DNA of 51,339 bases from Candidatus Taylorbacteria bacterium RIFCSPHIGHO2_01_FULL_51_15 (GCA_001820935.1 MHRI01000011.1:2718-54056); one strand, 5' to 3'. Shown: positions 8,911 through 18,048, counted from the stretch's first letter. Notes: generated by a model from the letters alone, not told the origin. Numbers and translations: made by a program.

Positions 8911-9615
8911 CTACGACTCTAGCAGGAGTAGCGCAGTCACTGCCACTGCCGCAGTTTCAGCCCGAAGTGTGGAAGTCCCGAGCGAGTACACGGAGATCTT
9001 TCTCTCACGAAAGAGTTCGAGTTCGCGCGCGCTCCATCCCCCCTCCGGACCAATGAACGCGCCGACTTTTTGAGCTTCGGCCCATTCCTTTTTCCTGAAC
9101 GGCTTACCATAAGGATCGAACGCGATGGAGGTAAAATAGTAATACTCTTTGAACGCGTTTTGGAGCTCCATCGGTTCATACAGGGCTGGCAAGCTCCCCC
9201 GTCCCGATTGTTCCGCGGCTTCCCTAACGATATCTTCGGCGCGTTTCAGGTTAAACGCCTTTACTTCGGAGCGGTCTGCGATAATGGGTCTTATTTGCGC
9301 GACACCAAGCTCCGTTGCTTTTTCGAGAAGCCATTCGAATCGCTCCTTTTTAATGAGCGAGGCGAATAGGAAAAATTGCTGAGTTGGTGCTACCGCGTTT
9401 TTAATGGATTCTCGCACGAGGCAGATCGCTTCTTTTTTATCGAGCGATGCGAGTTCACAGCGGTGATCCATTCCAAATCCGTCGAACAAGATGACTTCAT
9501 TCCCCACCTTAAGACGAAGGACATGTTGCCACTGATGCAGGAGTTTTGGGTCTTTGATCGAAAGCCGAATGTCGGGCGCTATCCGCTCTTCCACAAAAAA
9601 TCTATGTAGTCGCAT
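8911..9615 (-). CDS. rsmE: 16S rRNA (uracil1498-N3)-methyltransferase
   Basis: 234 aa. Begins MRLHRFFV... and ends with the SPOUT motif GPEGGWSARELELF...LGTSTLRAETAAV. Confidence 0.85.
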   Translation of the reverse strand: MRLHRFFVEERIAPDIRLSIKDPKLLHQWQHVLRLKVGNEVILFDGFGMDHRCELASLDKKEAICLVRESIKNAVAPTQQFFLFASLIKKERFEWLLEKATELGVAQIRPIIADRSEVKAFNLKRAEDIVREAAEQSGRGSLPALYEPMELQNAFKEYYYFTSIAFDPYGKPFRKKEWAEAQKVGAFIGPEGGWSARELELFRERKISVYSLGTSTLRAETAAVAVTALLLLES

Positions 9616-9685
9616 TAAAGGAAGTATAGAGTAGAAAGTAGAAAGTAGAAAGTGAGAGGTCGATAAGCTATTAATCCTTCTTCGT

Positions 9686-9714
9686 TTGTCAATTCAGCAT
9701 TTTTTTGTTATTCT
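9686..9714 (+). promoter_or_regulatory. candidate sigma70-type promoter for clpP
   Basis: TTGTCA, 17-nt spacer, TATTCT, about 57 nt upstream of ATG 9771. Confidence 0.3.
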
Positions 9715-9770
9715 CTCCCTGTCTTACTTTATGAATTTTGCGGACATTATTAACTTTTAACTTACTTCTC

Positions 9771-10355
9771 ATGTCAATTTTAATCCCTACAGTCATAGAA
9801 AAAACCACTTACGGCGAACGCGCGTATGACATCTACTCGCGCCTTCTCAAAGAAAACATTATCTTTCTCGGCGGCCCCATCGACGACCATACGGCGAACC
9901 TCATCATCGCCCAGCTCCTGTTTCTCCAATCTGAAGACCCGAAGAAAGAGGTGAATATCTACATCAATTCGCCTGGCGGTTCAGTCACTTCGACCCTCGC
10001 GATCATCGACACCATGAACCATATTAAAAACGACGTTGCCACCACTTGCGTTGGCATCGCCGCGTCGGGCGCCGCGATGGTGCTCTCCTCTGGGAGGAAA
10101 GGCAAGCGCTACATTCTCCCGAACGCGGAGGTCATGATCCACCAGCCACTCGGCGGTGTTGAGGGACAGGCTACGGATATCGCGATTACCGCAAAACATA
10201 TCCTTCAAACAAAGGATAAGCTTAATAAAATGCTCGCGCACAATACCGGAAAGTCGCTCGCTCAAATTGAGAAAGATGTGGAGCGCGACTTCTTTATGAC
10301 CGCTGATGAGGCGAGAAAATACGGCATCATAGATAAGGTCATTCAGGTGGTTTGA
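9771..10355 (+). CDS. clpP: ATP-dependent Clp protease proteolytic subunit
   Basis: [39 protein letters not shown]... Catalytic-site context [11 protein letters not shown] and IHQPLGG. Confidence 0.92.
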   Translation: MSILIPTVIEKTTYGERAYDIYSRLLKENIIFLGGPIDDHTANLIIAQLLFLQSEDPKKEVNIYINSPGGSVTSTLAIIDTMNHIKNDVATTCVGIAASGAAMVLSSGRKGKRYILPNAEVMIHQPLGGVEGQATDIAITAKHILQTKDKLNKMLAHNTGKSLAQIEKDVERDFFMTADEARKYGIIDKVIQVV

Positions 10356-10686
10356 GTTTCTTAACTCAAATCATACCGAGGCTTTGCGAGGGATACGTCG
10401 CTTCGCTCCTGAAGAGTTGGGCGCCCCGACGCAACGTCGGGGCATCCTCAAAAATCATAGTCGCTTCGCTCCTTGATTTTTGGGAGCTGTACTTTTTTGT
10501 ATGATCTTGTATACTGGGCACATTAGAAATTGACATGGTGACTTCGTTCATTACGCGCTAATTCCCGATTCAAGCCGATTGTTTTTTCTCCCTCGACGTA
10601 TGTCGAAGGACGGACACAGGTATGGTTTCTAAACAACTAGCTTTCATAGGGTCAACGTACGCATAAAAGCGGGGTCTTTTAGCAAT

Positions 10687-12216
10687 ATGGAACTTAAACT
10701 CGTGGCGCTCATTGCGGGCGTCGCGGGCGTTGTCGGTATCGCGCTCGGCTACTATCTTCGACTGATCATTTCGCTCGGGAAGCGCGGCTCAATGGAGCTC
10801 GAGATCAAGTCGATGGAACTTTCCGCGACGGAGGGGGCGAAGAAGATTACTCTCCGCGCGCAGGAAGAAGCGGCCAAGGTGCTTTCCGAAGCCCGCAGTG
10901 AACTCAAAGAAAAAGAGGAGAAGATAAAAAAGACGGAAGATCGCCTAATTAAGAAGGAAGATTTGCTGGACAAGCGACAAGGCGACATCGACAAGGAAGT
11001 CGAGGAAATAAAGGGGAAAATTGCCGAAGTAAAGCGTGTTAAGGAAAAAATAGCGGAGATGGAAGAGAGCAAGCGCGCGGAGCTTGAAAAAATCGCGCAT
11101 CTCTCGGAGGAGGAAGCGAAACAACAACTGTACGCGAACCTCGAGCAGAAGTACGAAGAAGATCTCATCATACGCACTCAAAAACTCGAACGCTCCGGCG
11201 AAGAGCGGCTCGAGAAGCGCGCGAAAGAGATTTTGACGACCTCGATTCAGCGCCTTGGAAACTCTGTTTCGCCTGATATTCTCACCACGACGGTGAATAT
11301 CCCGAGTGATGAGATTAAGGGTAAGATTATTGGCAAGGAAGGACGCAATATCAAAGCGTTCGAACGTGCCACGGGGGTTGAGGTGATCGTCGACGATACG
11401 CCAGGCACCATCACGATTTCTTCATTTGATCCAATTCGCAGGCAAATCGCGCGCATCGCGCTCGAAAACCTCATTCTTGATGGGCGTATTCAGCCCGCCA
11501 AGATCGAGGGCGCGGTTGAGAAGGCGCAGCAAGATATCAATAAAATCATCAAAGAAAAGGGGCAGCAGGCCGCGTATGAGTGCGGGGTCATCAATCTCCC
11601 GCCACAGGTGATCGCAATTTTAGGTCGGTTACATTTCCGCACAAGCTATGGCCAGAATGTGCTCCAGCATTCGATTGAAATGGCGCACATCGCCGGCATG
11701 ATAGCCGAGGAGCTTAAGGCTAATGTCGCGGTCGCGAGGGCGGGTGCGCTCCTGCATGACCTTGGAAAAGCCGTGGATCACGAAGTGCAAGGTACGCACG
11801 TCGAGATCGGCCGCAGGATTCTGCAAAAATTCGGTGTTGACCCCCTGGTCATCAAAGCCATGGAAGCTCATCACGGTGAGTATCCTTACGAAACGCTGGA
11901 ATCCTACATTGTACAGACGGCTGATGCTATTTCGGGAGCCCGTCCCGGGGCGCGTCGCGATTCCGTTGAAAACTATCTGAAGCGCTTGGCAGAGCTTGAG
12001 GCCATTGCGACCTCCTTCAAGGGAGTAGAGAAGGCGTACGCGTTGCAGGCGGGGCGAGAAATTCGCATTTTCGTTAAGCCGGAGGAGATGGGCGATTTAG
12101 AAGCTAAGAATATGGCTCGCGGAGTTGCGGATCGGGTGGAAAAAGAGCTCAAATACCCGGGAGAGATCAAAATAACGGTCATCAGAGAAACTCGCGTTAT
12201 AGAATACGCGAGATAA
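10687..12216 (+). CDS. rny: ribonuclease Y
   Basis: 509 aa. N-terminal TM, K/E-rich coiled coil, KH domain (IKGKIIGKEGRNIKAFE) and HD domain (LLHDLGKAVDHE). Confidence 0.92.
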   Translation: MELKLVALIAGVAGVVGIALGYYLRLIISLGKRGSMELEIKSMELSATEGAKKITLRAQEEAAKVLSEARSELKEKEEKIKKTEDRLIKKEDLLDKRQGDIDKEVEEIKGKIAEVKRVKEKIAEMEESKRAELEKIAHLSEEEAKQQLYANLEQKYEEDLIIRTQKLERSGEERLEKRAKEILTTSIQRLGNSVSPDILTTTVNIPSDEIKGKIIGKEGRNIKAFERATGVEVIVDDTPGTITISSFDPIRRQIARIALENLILDGRIQPAKIEGAVEKAQQDINKIIKEKGQQAAYECGVINLPPQVIAILGRLHFRTSYGQNVLQHSIEMAHIAGMIAEELKANVAVARAGALLHDLGKAVDHEVQGTHVEIGRRILQKFGVDPLVIKAMEAHHGEYPYETLESYIVQTADAISGARPGARRDSVENYLKRLAELEAIATSFKGVEKAYALQAGREIRIFVKPEEMGDLEAKNMARGVADRVEKELKYPGEIKITVIRETRVIEYAR

Positions 12217-12262
12217 ACATACGAAAACACAAATTAAAGTCCAACGAATGACTACGAATAAG
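12213..12262. repeat. left inverted arm of the rny-hup spacer (family B, ACGAAT words)
   Basis: 12213-12227 and 12242-12262 are exact reverse complements of 12643-12657 and 12606-12626. The arm starts at the rny stop codon. Confidence 0.8.
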
Positions 12263-12488
12263 AAACCGAGCATCTTCCCCTCCCCCAGCTCCCCTGCCAG
12301 AGGGGAGCTCCCGAGTCGGCGAGGGTGAGGGGTGTGAGCAAGGGGGAGATCAAGAAGGGGTTCTTCCTCCCCCCTTCCGCCAGCTAGCGGAATAATAAGC
12401 AATGAAAAAGCAGAAAGCACTAGAAACTTTTAGCGCTTTTTGATTTTTAGGACAGTGAACAGAGTTCTTGTCAACATTTTCGGAGGTA

Positions 12489-12516
12489 TTGCACCAAAAA
12501 TGGCCTCCTATATAAT
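12489..12516 (+). promoter_or_regulatory. candidate promoter for hup
   Basis: TTGCAC, 16-nt spacer, TATAAT. Confidence 0.35.
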
Positions 12517-12605
12517 GATTTAACAGTTTTATCAGTCTTTTATTAGGTCGAAGATTTAGTAATCGCAAAGATATACCAAAGTACGGCGCGCGTATTAATG
12601 AATGC

Positions 12606-12657
12606 CTTATTCGTAGTCATTCGTTGATTCGTATCATTCGTATTTTCGTATGTTTAT
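12606..12657. repeat. right inverted arm of the rny-hup spacer (family B)
   Basis: Reverse complement of the left arm at both ends. Its core is 44/46 identical to 50900..50945 inside ORF 49812..51290. Ends 6 nt before the hup ATG. Confidence 0.8.
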
Positions 12658-12663
12658 CTACTT

Positions 12664-12936
12664 ATGAATAAACAAGGTATTGTTGAGGCGGTCCATGGCG
12701 TACTTGGCGGCACGAAGGTGCAGGCAGAGCAAGCCGTTGAAAAGATGCTTGAGTCAATCGTCTCGACCCTCAAGAGTGGCGAAGAGGTTTCGATCGCGGG
12801 TCTTGGCATTTTCTCGGTCAAGCAGCGCGCCGCTCGTCAGGCCCGCAATCCGCGAACCGGTGAGATGGTGCAGGTAGCGGCCATGAAAGTGCCAAAATTC
12901 CGTGCCGCGAAAGCACTCAAGGATGCCGTAAAGTAA
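12664..12936 (+). CDS. hup: HU family DNA-binding protein
   Basis: 90 aa. GLGIFSVKQRAARQARNPRTGEMVQVAAMKVPKFRAAKALKDAV is the typical HU arm. Confidence 0.92.
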   Translation: MNKQGIVEAVHGVLGGTKVQAEQAVEKMLESIVSTLKSGEEVSIAGLGIFSVKQRAARQARNPRTGEMVQVAAMKVPKFRAAKALKDAVK

Positions 12937-13019
12937 ACAGGAGCTAGATACAACAGGCATTAGGCTCTAGAAAATCAAAACCCGCCGTTCTTTAGTCCGT
13001 TTCTACGGACCGGGCGAAC

Positions 13020-13050
13020 AAAATCCTCCCATTCGGGAGGATTTTGTTTT
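13020..13050 (+). terminator. intrinsic terminator of hup
   Basis: aaaatcctccc attc gggaggatttt forms an 11-bp perfect stem, followed by gtttt. Confidence 0.75.
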
Positions 13051-13075
13051 AGTCGACGAGTTTCATGATGCAAGC

Positions 13076-13110
13076 AAAAACCCGCAATTCGTTTTTAGCG
13101 AATCGCGGGG
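13076..13110 (-). terminator. intrinsic terminator of the radical SAM gene
   Basis: On the - strand, cccgcgattcg ctaaaaa cgaattgcggg is followed by ttttt. Confidence 0.6.
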
Positions 13111-13133
13111 GTGAGATCTTCGAGTAAACACTC

Positions 13134-14393
13134 TTAACCTGCAAAGTGCTGCTGAACCCTATTCCACACTTCCGAATAAAACTTCGTGGGAAGTGAGATT
13201 CCATCCTTCACACAGTGATTGTTGAAGGCGTTGACGCGGTAGTTGCTGCTGTTCTGCCAGATCTCCCTAAGAGGCATCGTCCGAACATCGGGATACACCT
13301 CAAAATCCGGCGTGTCGTTCCCCGGACACCTCCAGACTCGTCCGTCCGCGTGAATGTACAGTCCGTGAGTCAGTTGATTGCATGGAGTGGTACCGATGTA
13401 GGGGTGCACTCCCTCCTCTTTGAGCTGCGGGAGGGTCATGACTCCTCGTTCAATCGCCCATGTGTACACGTCAACCGCGAGGTTGATGTAGCGCTCCACG
13501 AAGAGCTCCTCCATGGCGGAGCGTTCACCTGCGTGACCCTTGCCGCTTACCATTGTCGGCGGAAGATACGTGGGCATGTTTCTCTCCACGGCCCATTTGT
13601 ATATCTCAAACACGCCGCCGATGTTCTGATGAGTTACCGGATTGCATTGCACCGTCATGCGCTGGCACATGAGGTCCGCGTTCAGCCCCGCCCGGGCAAG
13701 CCGTTCGTAGGCGATGCACAGAGCCTCGTAATAATTGACGTGCGCCGCATCTTCCCTGTTTCGAATCGGAATGAATCGATTTTCCCACTCTGGGTCGAAC
13801 GAGCGACCTTCAACGTAGAGGTTCACATTGTGGTACTCAAGGATTCTCCGAAGCAATTCTTCCGACCCTATGCCGTGATACTTGTGCGCAAGCCAGTCAT
13901 TTCCGAGTACCGCCGCTTTGGTGAAGATACCCAGAATGATGTGGTGCCTGCGCGTGTACTCCAAGACACTCCAGAGTTCTTTCTTCTCCAAGAGTTCGCC
14001 CGGCCCAAGGAATTTGATTGACTCAAGACCGAGTTCGGGCGCTTGATCAAGAACCCTGAAAACCTCACTCAAGTAGAGAACGTAGTTCTTCAGCATCGCT
14101 TCATTGAAGCAGAGCGGACACTTCATCGTGCATTGATACCATTCCCCGAAAGCACGATTCGCTTCATCCGAGCCGGGAGGAAACTCATTAACCATTCTCG
14201 CGAAGTCATCGCCTGGAATGTTCACATCAAGCGTGAGCAGCTTTTTGATGCGTTTTCCTCCAATTTCAACTGTTTCTGTGTGCCGACCAGGAAGAAACGA
14301 CCAGCTCCGTGCCATCATCCGGTATCCCTCCGGGATCTGACCTTTAGGCGGAAGAATGGCGGGAATGTTCGGGAATTTGTTTACAAGTCGCAT
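13134..14393 (-). CDS. radical SAM protein with SPASM-like C-terminal Cys motifs
   Basis: CTMKCPLC matches CxxxCxxC. FLGPGELL is a GGEP-like motif. C-terminal segment CNQLTHGLYIHADGRVWRCPG...NNHC. The first ATG, at 14393, is used; the ORF track extends to a TTG at 14426. Confidence 0.75.
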   Translation of the reverse strand: MRLVNKFPNIPAILPPKGQIPEGYRMMARSWSFLPGRHTETVEIGGKRIKKLLTLDVNIPGDDFARMVNEFPPGSDEANRAFGEWYQCTMKCPLCFNEAMLKNYVLYLSEVFRVLDQAPELGLESIKFLGPGELLEKKELWSVLEYTRRHHIILGIFTKAAVLGNDWLAHKYHGIGSEELLRRILEYHNVNLYVEGRSFDPEWENRFIPIRNREDAAHVNYYEALCIAYERLARAGLNADLMCQRMTVQCNPVTHQNIGGVFEIYKWAVERNMPTYLPPTMVSGKGHAGERSAMEELFVERYINLAVDVYTWAIERGVMTLPQLKEEGVHPYIGTTPCNQLTHGLYIHADGRVWRCPGNDTPDFEVYPDVRTMPLREIWQNSSNYRVNAFNNHCVKDGISLPTKFYSEVWNRVQQHFAG

Positions 14394-14478
14394 ATGGAGA
14401 TTCTGTTTGGGTTGTTCGGGTTTCAAAGAACTTCAGGTGTCACAATCGTGAGCTGAGTCTCCTTGACTTTCTGGATAG

Positions 14479-14508
14479 ATTATATCGTAATAGTCAGTTG
14501 ATTGTCAA
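14479..14508 (-). promoter_or_regulatory. near-consensus promoter for the radical SAM gene
   Basis: On the - strand: TTGACA, 18-nt spacer, TATAAT. Confidence 0.45.
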
Positions 14509-14591
14509 AGATAATCATCAGATGGAATGTCTACCAAAGCCTTATTTATCAATATTATTAGGTGATATGGACATACTTTTGTGGAAACAGA

Positions 14592-14620
14592 TTGACACAA
14601 TTGCCGTTGTGAGACATACT
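14592..14620 (+). promoter_or_regulatory. candidate promoter for the TrmB-like regulator (would give a near-leaderless mRNA)
   Basis: TTGACA, 17-nt spacer, CATACT. The ATG at 14628 is only 8 nt after the -10 element. Confidence 0.35.
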
Positions 14621-14627
14621 TACAGTT

Positions 14628-15410
14628 ATGCATGACCTCATAAAGGAACTACCGCTGACTCTTCAGAGCCTTGGCTTCAGTGAAAAGGAAGCTACCGTAT
14701 ATGTGGCTTTACTTGAACTTGGCCGTGGAACCGTGACAGAGATCGCACGAAGGGCGGGTATCAACCGCACGACCGGCTATGACATTCTCGATTCCCTTGC
14801 AGGTAAGGGAGTGGTGAACATATCCGGCAAAGAACCAAAACAGGAATATGCGGCTGAACCCCCAGAAGCCGTTGTGCAGTACTTGAAAAAAGAGTTAGGG
14901 GTGGCTAAAGAACGGATTGAAAAAGCGGAAGACTTCCTTCCCCGACTTCGCTCCGTACACGCAACCCAAAATCGCCCACGTATTAAGTTTTACGAGGGAA
15001 CCGAGGGGCTCAAACAGGTGTATGAGGACACACTTACTTCGAGTGAACCGATCCGAGCCTATGCGAACGCCGATGAAGTGCAGAAAGGCATACCGAACTA
15101 CTTCCCTGAGTATTACAAACGAAGAGCGCGAAAGGGTATTTCCATTCGAGCGATATTTCCCCAAACAACTGCGGGAATCGCGCGAAGCGCCTTTGATTTC
15201 GAAGAAAAACGAGAGGTGGCGTTTGTTCCGGCGGACAAATACTATTTTTCTCCAGAAATAAACATTTATGACAACAAGGTTATGATCGCCTCATGGCGAG
15301 AGAAACTTGGGGTCATTATGGAGAGCGCGGAAATTGCCGATGCGATGAAAAAAATCTATGAGCTCGCTTGGGCTGAAGCGAAGCGACTAGACAAGAATCT
15401 TCGTACGTAA
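14628..15410 (+). CDS. TrmB family transcriptional regulator
   Basis: N-terminal wHTH: LGFSEKEATVYVALLELGRGTVTEIARRAGINRTTGYDILDSLAGKGVV. 260 aa. Confidence 0.75.
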   Translation: MHDLIKELPLTLQSLGFSEKEATVYVALLELGRGTVTEIARRAGINRTTGYDILDSLAGKGVVNISGKEPKQEYAAEPPEAVVQYLKKELGVAKERIEKAEDFLPRLRSVHATQNRPRIKFYEGTEGLKQVYEDTLTSSEPIRAYANADEVQKGIPNYFPEYYKRRARKGISIRAIFPQTTAGIARSAFDFEEKREVAFVPADKYYFSPEINIYDNKVMIASWREKLGVIMESAEIADAMKKIYELAWAEAKRLDKNLRT

Positions 15411-15436
15411 TGTTCCAGACTATGACAATTGACGTT

Positions 15437-15507
15437 TGCGGGCGCCGGGAATCGAACCCGGACGTACTGCTTGGAAGGCAATCGTTCTACCATTAAACCA
15501 CGCCCGC
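15437..15507 (-). tRNA. tRNA-Gly (anticodon TCC)
   Basis: The reverse complement gcgggcgtggtttaatggtagaacgattgccttccaagcagtacgtccgggttcgattcccggcgcccgca folds as a cloverleaf. Anticodon loop cTTCCaa, T-loop ttcgatt. Confidence 0.93.
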
Positions 15508-15601
15508 GGTGCTCCGAATCGTAGCAAAAAAGAGACTTACCCGCAATTTTGCGTGAAGGTGTATTCGTCATAAAGTAGCGGGCCCTGTATAATCCATTTC
15601 T

Positions 15602-16726
15602 ATGTTCACGCTCCGTATGAGATATGTTGCGTTTGCAATGCTCGCTCTCTTTTCCGCATTTGGCACAGCGTTATTTACTGCTGAGTCTCTGAGTGCGGAT
15701 ACCGTTATCCCACCTCCGTTTCATTTTGAGCGGACATTGTGGGTTGGCGCGCGAGGAAGCGATGTGCGCTACCTGCAGACGCTCCTCAACCGCGATAGTG
15801 ACACAGCCGTTGGTACGCCAGGACTCCCGGGAAGCTCCGGCAACGAGACCGACTTTTTCGGCGCGGCAACACGAAGAGCTGTAGTGAAGTTCCAGGAAAA
15901 ATACGCCGCGGAGGTCCTAAAGCCCGCGGGTCTCACGCGAGGCACGGGTTTTGTGGGTTCCTTCACGATAAAAAAGCTAAACTCACTTCTAGAAAATGCT
16001 AGGGGGGAAGCGTTGGAAGTACCTCCACCAGAAGTACCGCTCCCACCCCGGCAGATCGACGCCGCACCGAAATTTTCTTTTGATGAGCTTAATTCGCGCA
16101 CGCGCGAAGCGCTCGTAAATATCATCTGCACGAGTAAGCAAGGTGGATCGTTTAACCCCGTATCTGGAAGTGGGGTGCTTGTGGATTCGCGTGGGGTGAT
16201 CCTCACTAACGCGCATGTGGGGCAGTACTTCTTACTTGGAGATTATCCAACGCCTGATTTTATTGACTGTCTCATTCGCACCGGAGAACCTGCGCGAAAC
16301 CGCTACAAAGCGAAGGTGCTCTACCTTTCTTTGCCTTGGATCAAAGAGAATGCGAAAGAGATAAACGCGGAGCGCGCGACCGGAACGGGAGAAAACGATT
16401 TTGCGTTACTCCTCATCACCGATTCGATAAACGCGGAGCTCCCACTTCCACCTGCCTTCCCCTTCCTTCCTATGAAGAGTGCACATGCGCCTGTTCGAAC
16501 GGGGGCGAAAGTACTTGCGGCCGGATACCCGGCGGGATTTCTTGGCGGTATTAGCATCCAGAGAGATTTGTACCCTAGTTCGTCCGTGGTCTCTGTGGAA
16601 GCACAGTACAGTTTCGACGAGGGTGCAGCCGACGTACTCTCGATCGGCGGCTCTGTCCTAGCTCAACAGGGTTCAAGCGGAGGCGCGGTGGTAAACGATG
16701 AGGGTCGTCTGGTTGAACCCTGTTGA
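15602..16726 (+). CDS. secreted peptidoglycan-binding-domain / trypsin-like serine protease, apparently C-terminally truncated
   Basis: Signal peptide. PG_binding_1-like segment (GSDVRYLQTLLN...FGAATRRAVVKFQ). Protease motifs GSGVLVDSRGVILTNAHV and QQGSSGGAVVN. The ORF stops only 16 aa after the catalytic Ser. Confidence 0.7.
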   Translation: MFTLRMRYVAFAMLALFSAFGTALFTAESLSADTVIPPPFHFERTLWVGARGSDVRYLQTLLNRDSDTAVGTPGLPGSSGNETDFFGAATRRAVVKFQEKYAAEVLKPAGLTRGTGFVGSFTIKKLNSLLENARGEALEVPPPEVPLPPRQIDAAPKFSFDELNSRTREALVNIICTSKQGGSFNPVSGSGVLVDSRGVILTNAHVGQYFLLGDYPTPDFIDCLIRTGEPARNRYKAKVLYLSLPWIKENAKEINAERATGTGENDFALLLITDSINAELPLPPAFPFLPMKSAHAPVRTGAKVLAAGYPAGFLGGISIQRDLYPSSSVVSVEAQYSFDEGAADVLSIGGSVLAQQGSSGGAVVNDEGRLVEPC

Positions 16727-16808
16727 GACAATCAGAAAAATTCTCACAGACGCGATCGAGGGGGATTAGAAGTGTGCACTCTGATCAAAGACGGCTCGGT
16801 CTCAGAAG

Positions 16809-17123
16809 TCACGAGGGATACTGAAAAGGCTGCTCTGAAAGTTCAATGAGGCGCTCCATGTTGTCTTCTTTGGCGACATCCTGCGCGCGAATGAAACCGC
16901 ACCGAGTGCATTTATGTATGATTCGGGAAACTCCGCCTGAAGAAACGAGGGCACTTTGCGGCTCCATAGAGCCTCCGCAGAGGGAAGCGCGATCACCAGG
17001 GTTCTCGTCGACATGTTTGCTCCAAAGGCACGCGGGACAGTGGTTGGTATACCCGCTGCCGGTTACACGCGCGCCGCACTCCTCACAGACAAAGTCTTCG
17101 ATGTTACGAATAAAGCGTTTCAT
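16809..17123 (-). CDS. RNHCP domain zinc-ribbon protein
   Basis: CEECGARVTGSGYTNHCPACLWSKHVD, plus a second Cys pair (CTRCGF). 104 aa. Confidence 0.7.
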   Translation of the reverse strand: MKRFIRNIEDFVCEECGARVTGSGYTNHCPACLWSKHVDENPGDRASLCGGSMEPQSALVSSGGVSRIIHKCTRCGFIRAQDVAKEDNMERLIELSEQPFQYPS

Positions 17124-17126
17124 AGA

Positions 17127-18044
17127 CTACTTTGCGAGTACAAATACCCTGCCTTTTCTTTCCAAGAAACCTTCAGCGGTGAGCTGTAAAAATATCTCCT
17201 TGATGGGAAATGCGAACTCTTGCGCTCTAAAGTCGGAGAAAGCCACGACGTCGTTTTCTGTAGCCCGCCGCAGTATTGCCCCTCGAAGCTCTCTTTTTGA
17301 TCCTTTGAACTTCGATTGCCTCAAGTATGCTCTCGCGCGAACGTTTGGATTGCCTACAGTTTTCTTAAGCATCGCTCCATAATCCATGAGCGCGTGGTAC
17401 CACTCTCGTATCTGTTGTCGACTTCCGATTCTTTTCCCCACCTGCCCGAGGAGGGGTGCCGAGTCCGCGCCGCGCCCCGTAACCGTCTTCGTGGTGCTGG
17501 GGAGGCGGGGTGGTGGGAGCAAAGGGGTAGTTATTTGGATCACCTCTAAGATCTCCGCATCCCGTACCTTCCACTTGCCCTTGAAGAAGGAATGAAGGTA
17601 TACGGTTCGAATATTTGTCTCGATAATTGGGGAGGCGACGCCAAAGGCAAACGCGGCGATGGCGCCCGCAGTGTATGGGCCAACGCCGGGAAGCGCGTCT
17701 ATGGCGGCGATACTCCGAGGAAAGATGCCGCGATGCTTACTCACAATTATTTCCGCCGCGTTTTTCAGAGCGAGCGCCCGCCGATTATAGCCAAGCCCCT
17801 GCCACGCCTTGAGGACGTCGCGGACTGGCGCCTTGGCAAGTGCGTAGGGAGTCGGAAATTTCTCGAGAAAGGCGGTGAAAAACGGGATGACCCTATCAGC
17901 CTGCGTTTGCTGAAGCATTATTTCCGAAACAAGAATCGCGTACGGATCCTTCGTCTCTCGCCACGGAAAATTCCGCTTGTGCGTTCGATAGTAGCTCGTG
18001 ATCGTCTTTTGAAACGCCTTCACGCTCGATGTGCTAAGTTTCAT
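17127..18044 (-). CDS. MutY-like HhH-GPD DNA glycosylase without Fe-S cysteines
   Basis: FPWRETKDPYAILVSEIMLQQTQADRV...LPGVGPYTAGAIAAFAFG. There is no C-x6-C-x2-C-x5-C motif and no NUDIX-like C-terminal domain. Contains a low-complexity insert made of repeat words. Confidence 0.75.
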   Translation of the reverse strand: MKLSTSSVKAFQKTITSYYRTHKRNFPWRETKDPYAILVSEIMLQQTQADRVIPFFTAFLEKFPTPYALAKAPVRDVLKAWQGLGYNRRALALKNAAEIIVSKHRGIFPRSIAAIDALPGVGPYTAGAIAAFAFGVASPIIETNIRTVYLHSFFKGKWKVRDAEILEVIQITTPLLPPPRLPSTTKTVTGRGADSAPLLGQVGKRIGSRQQIREWYHALMDYGAMLKKTVGNPNVRARAYLRQSKFKGSKRELRGAILRRATENDVVAFSDFRAQEFAFPIKEIFLQLTAEGFLERKGRVFVLAK

Positions 18045-18048
18045 GGAG

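Noticed and set aside
9622-9658. CRISPR array or other regular tandem array (gtagaaa x3 here, with similar word runs in other spacers).
   Set aside because: The units are 7-10 nt, contiguous and degenerate. There are no 25-40-nt repeats separated by unique spacers anywhere, and no cas genes.
12097-12420. 107-aa - strand ORF in the rny-hup spacer, and similar ORFs at 21017..21397, 10366..10551 and 7117..7338.
   Set aside because: They are made almost entirely of repeat-word sequence (PLAGG, RSEAT and CFVW-type peptides) and overlap terminators and promoters. There is no independent coding evidence.
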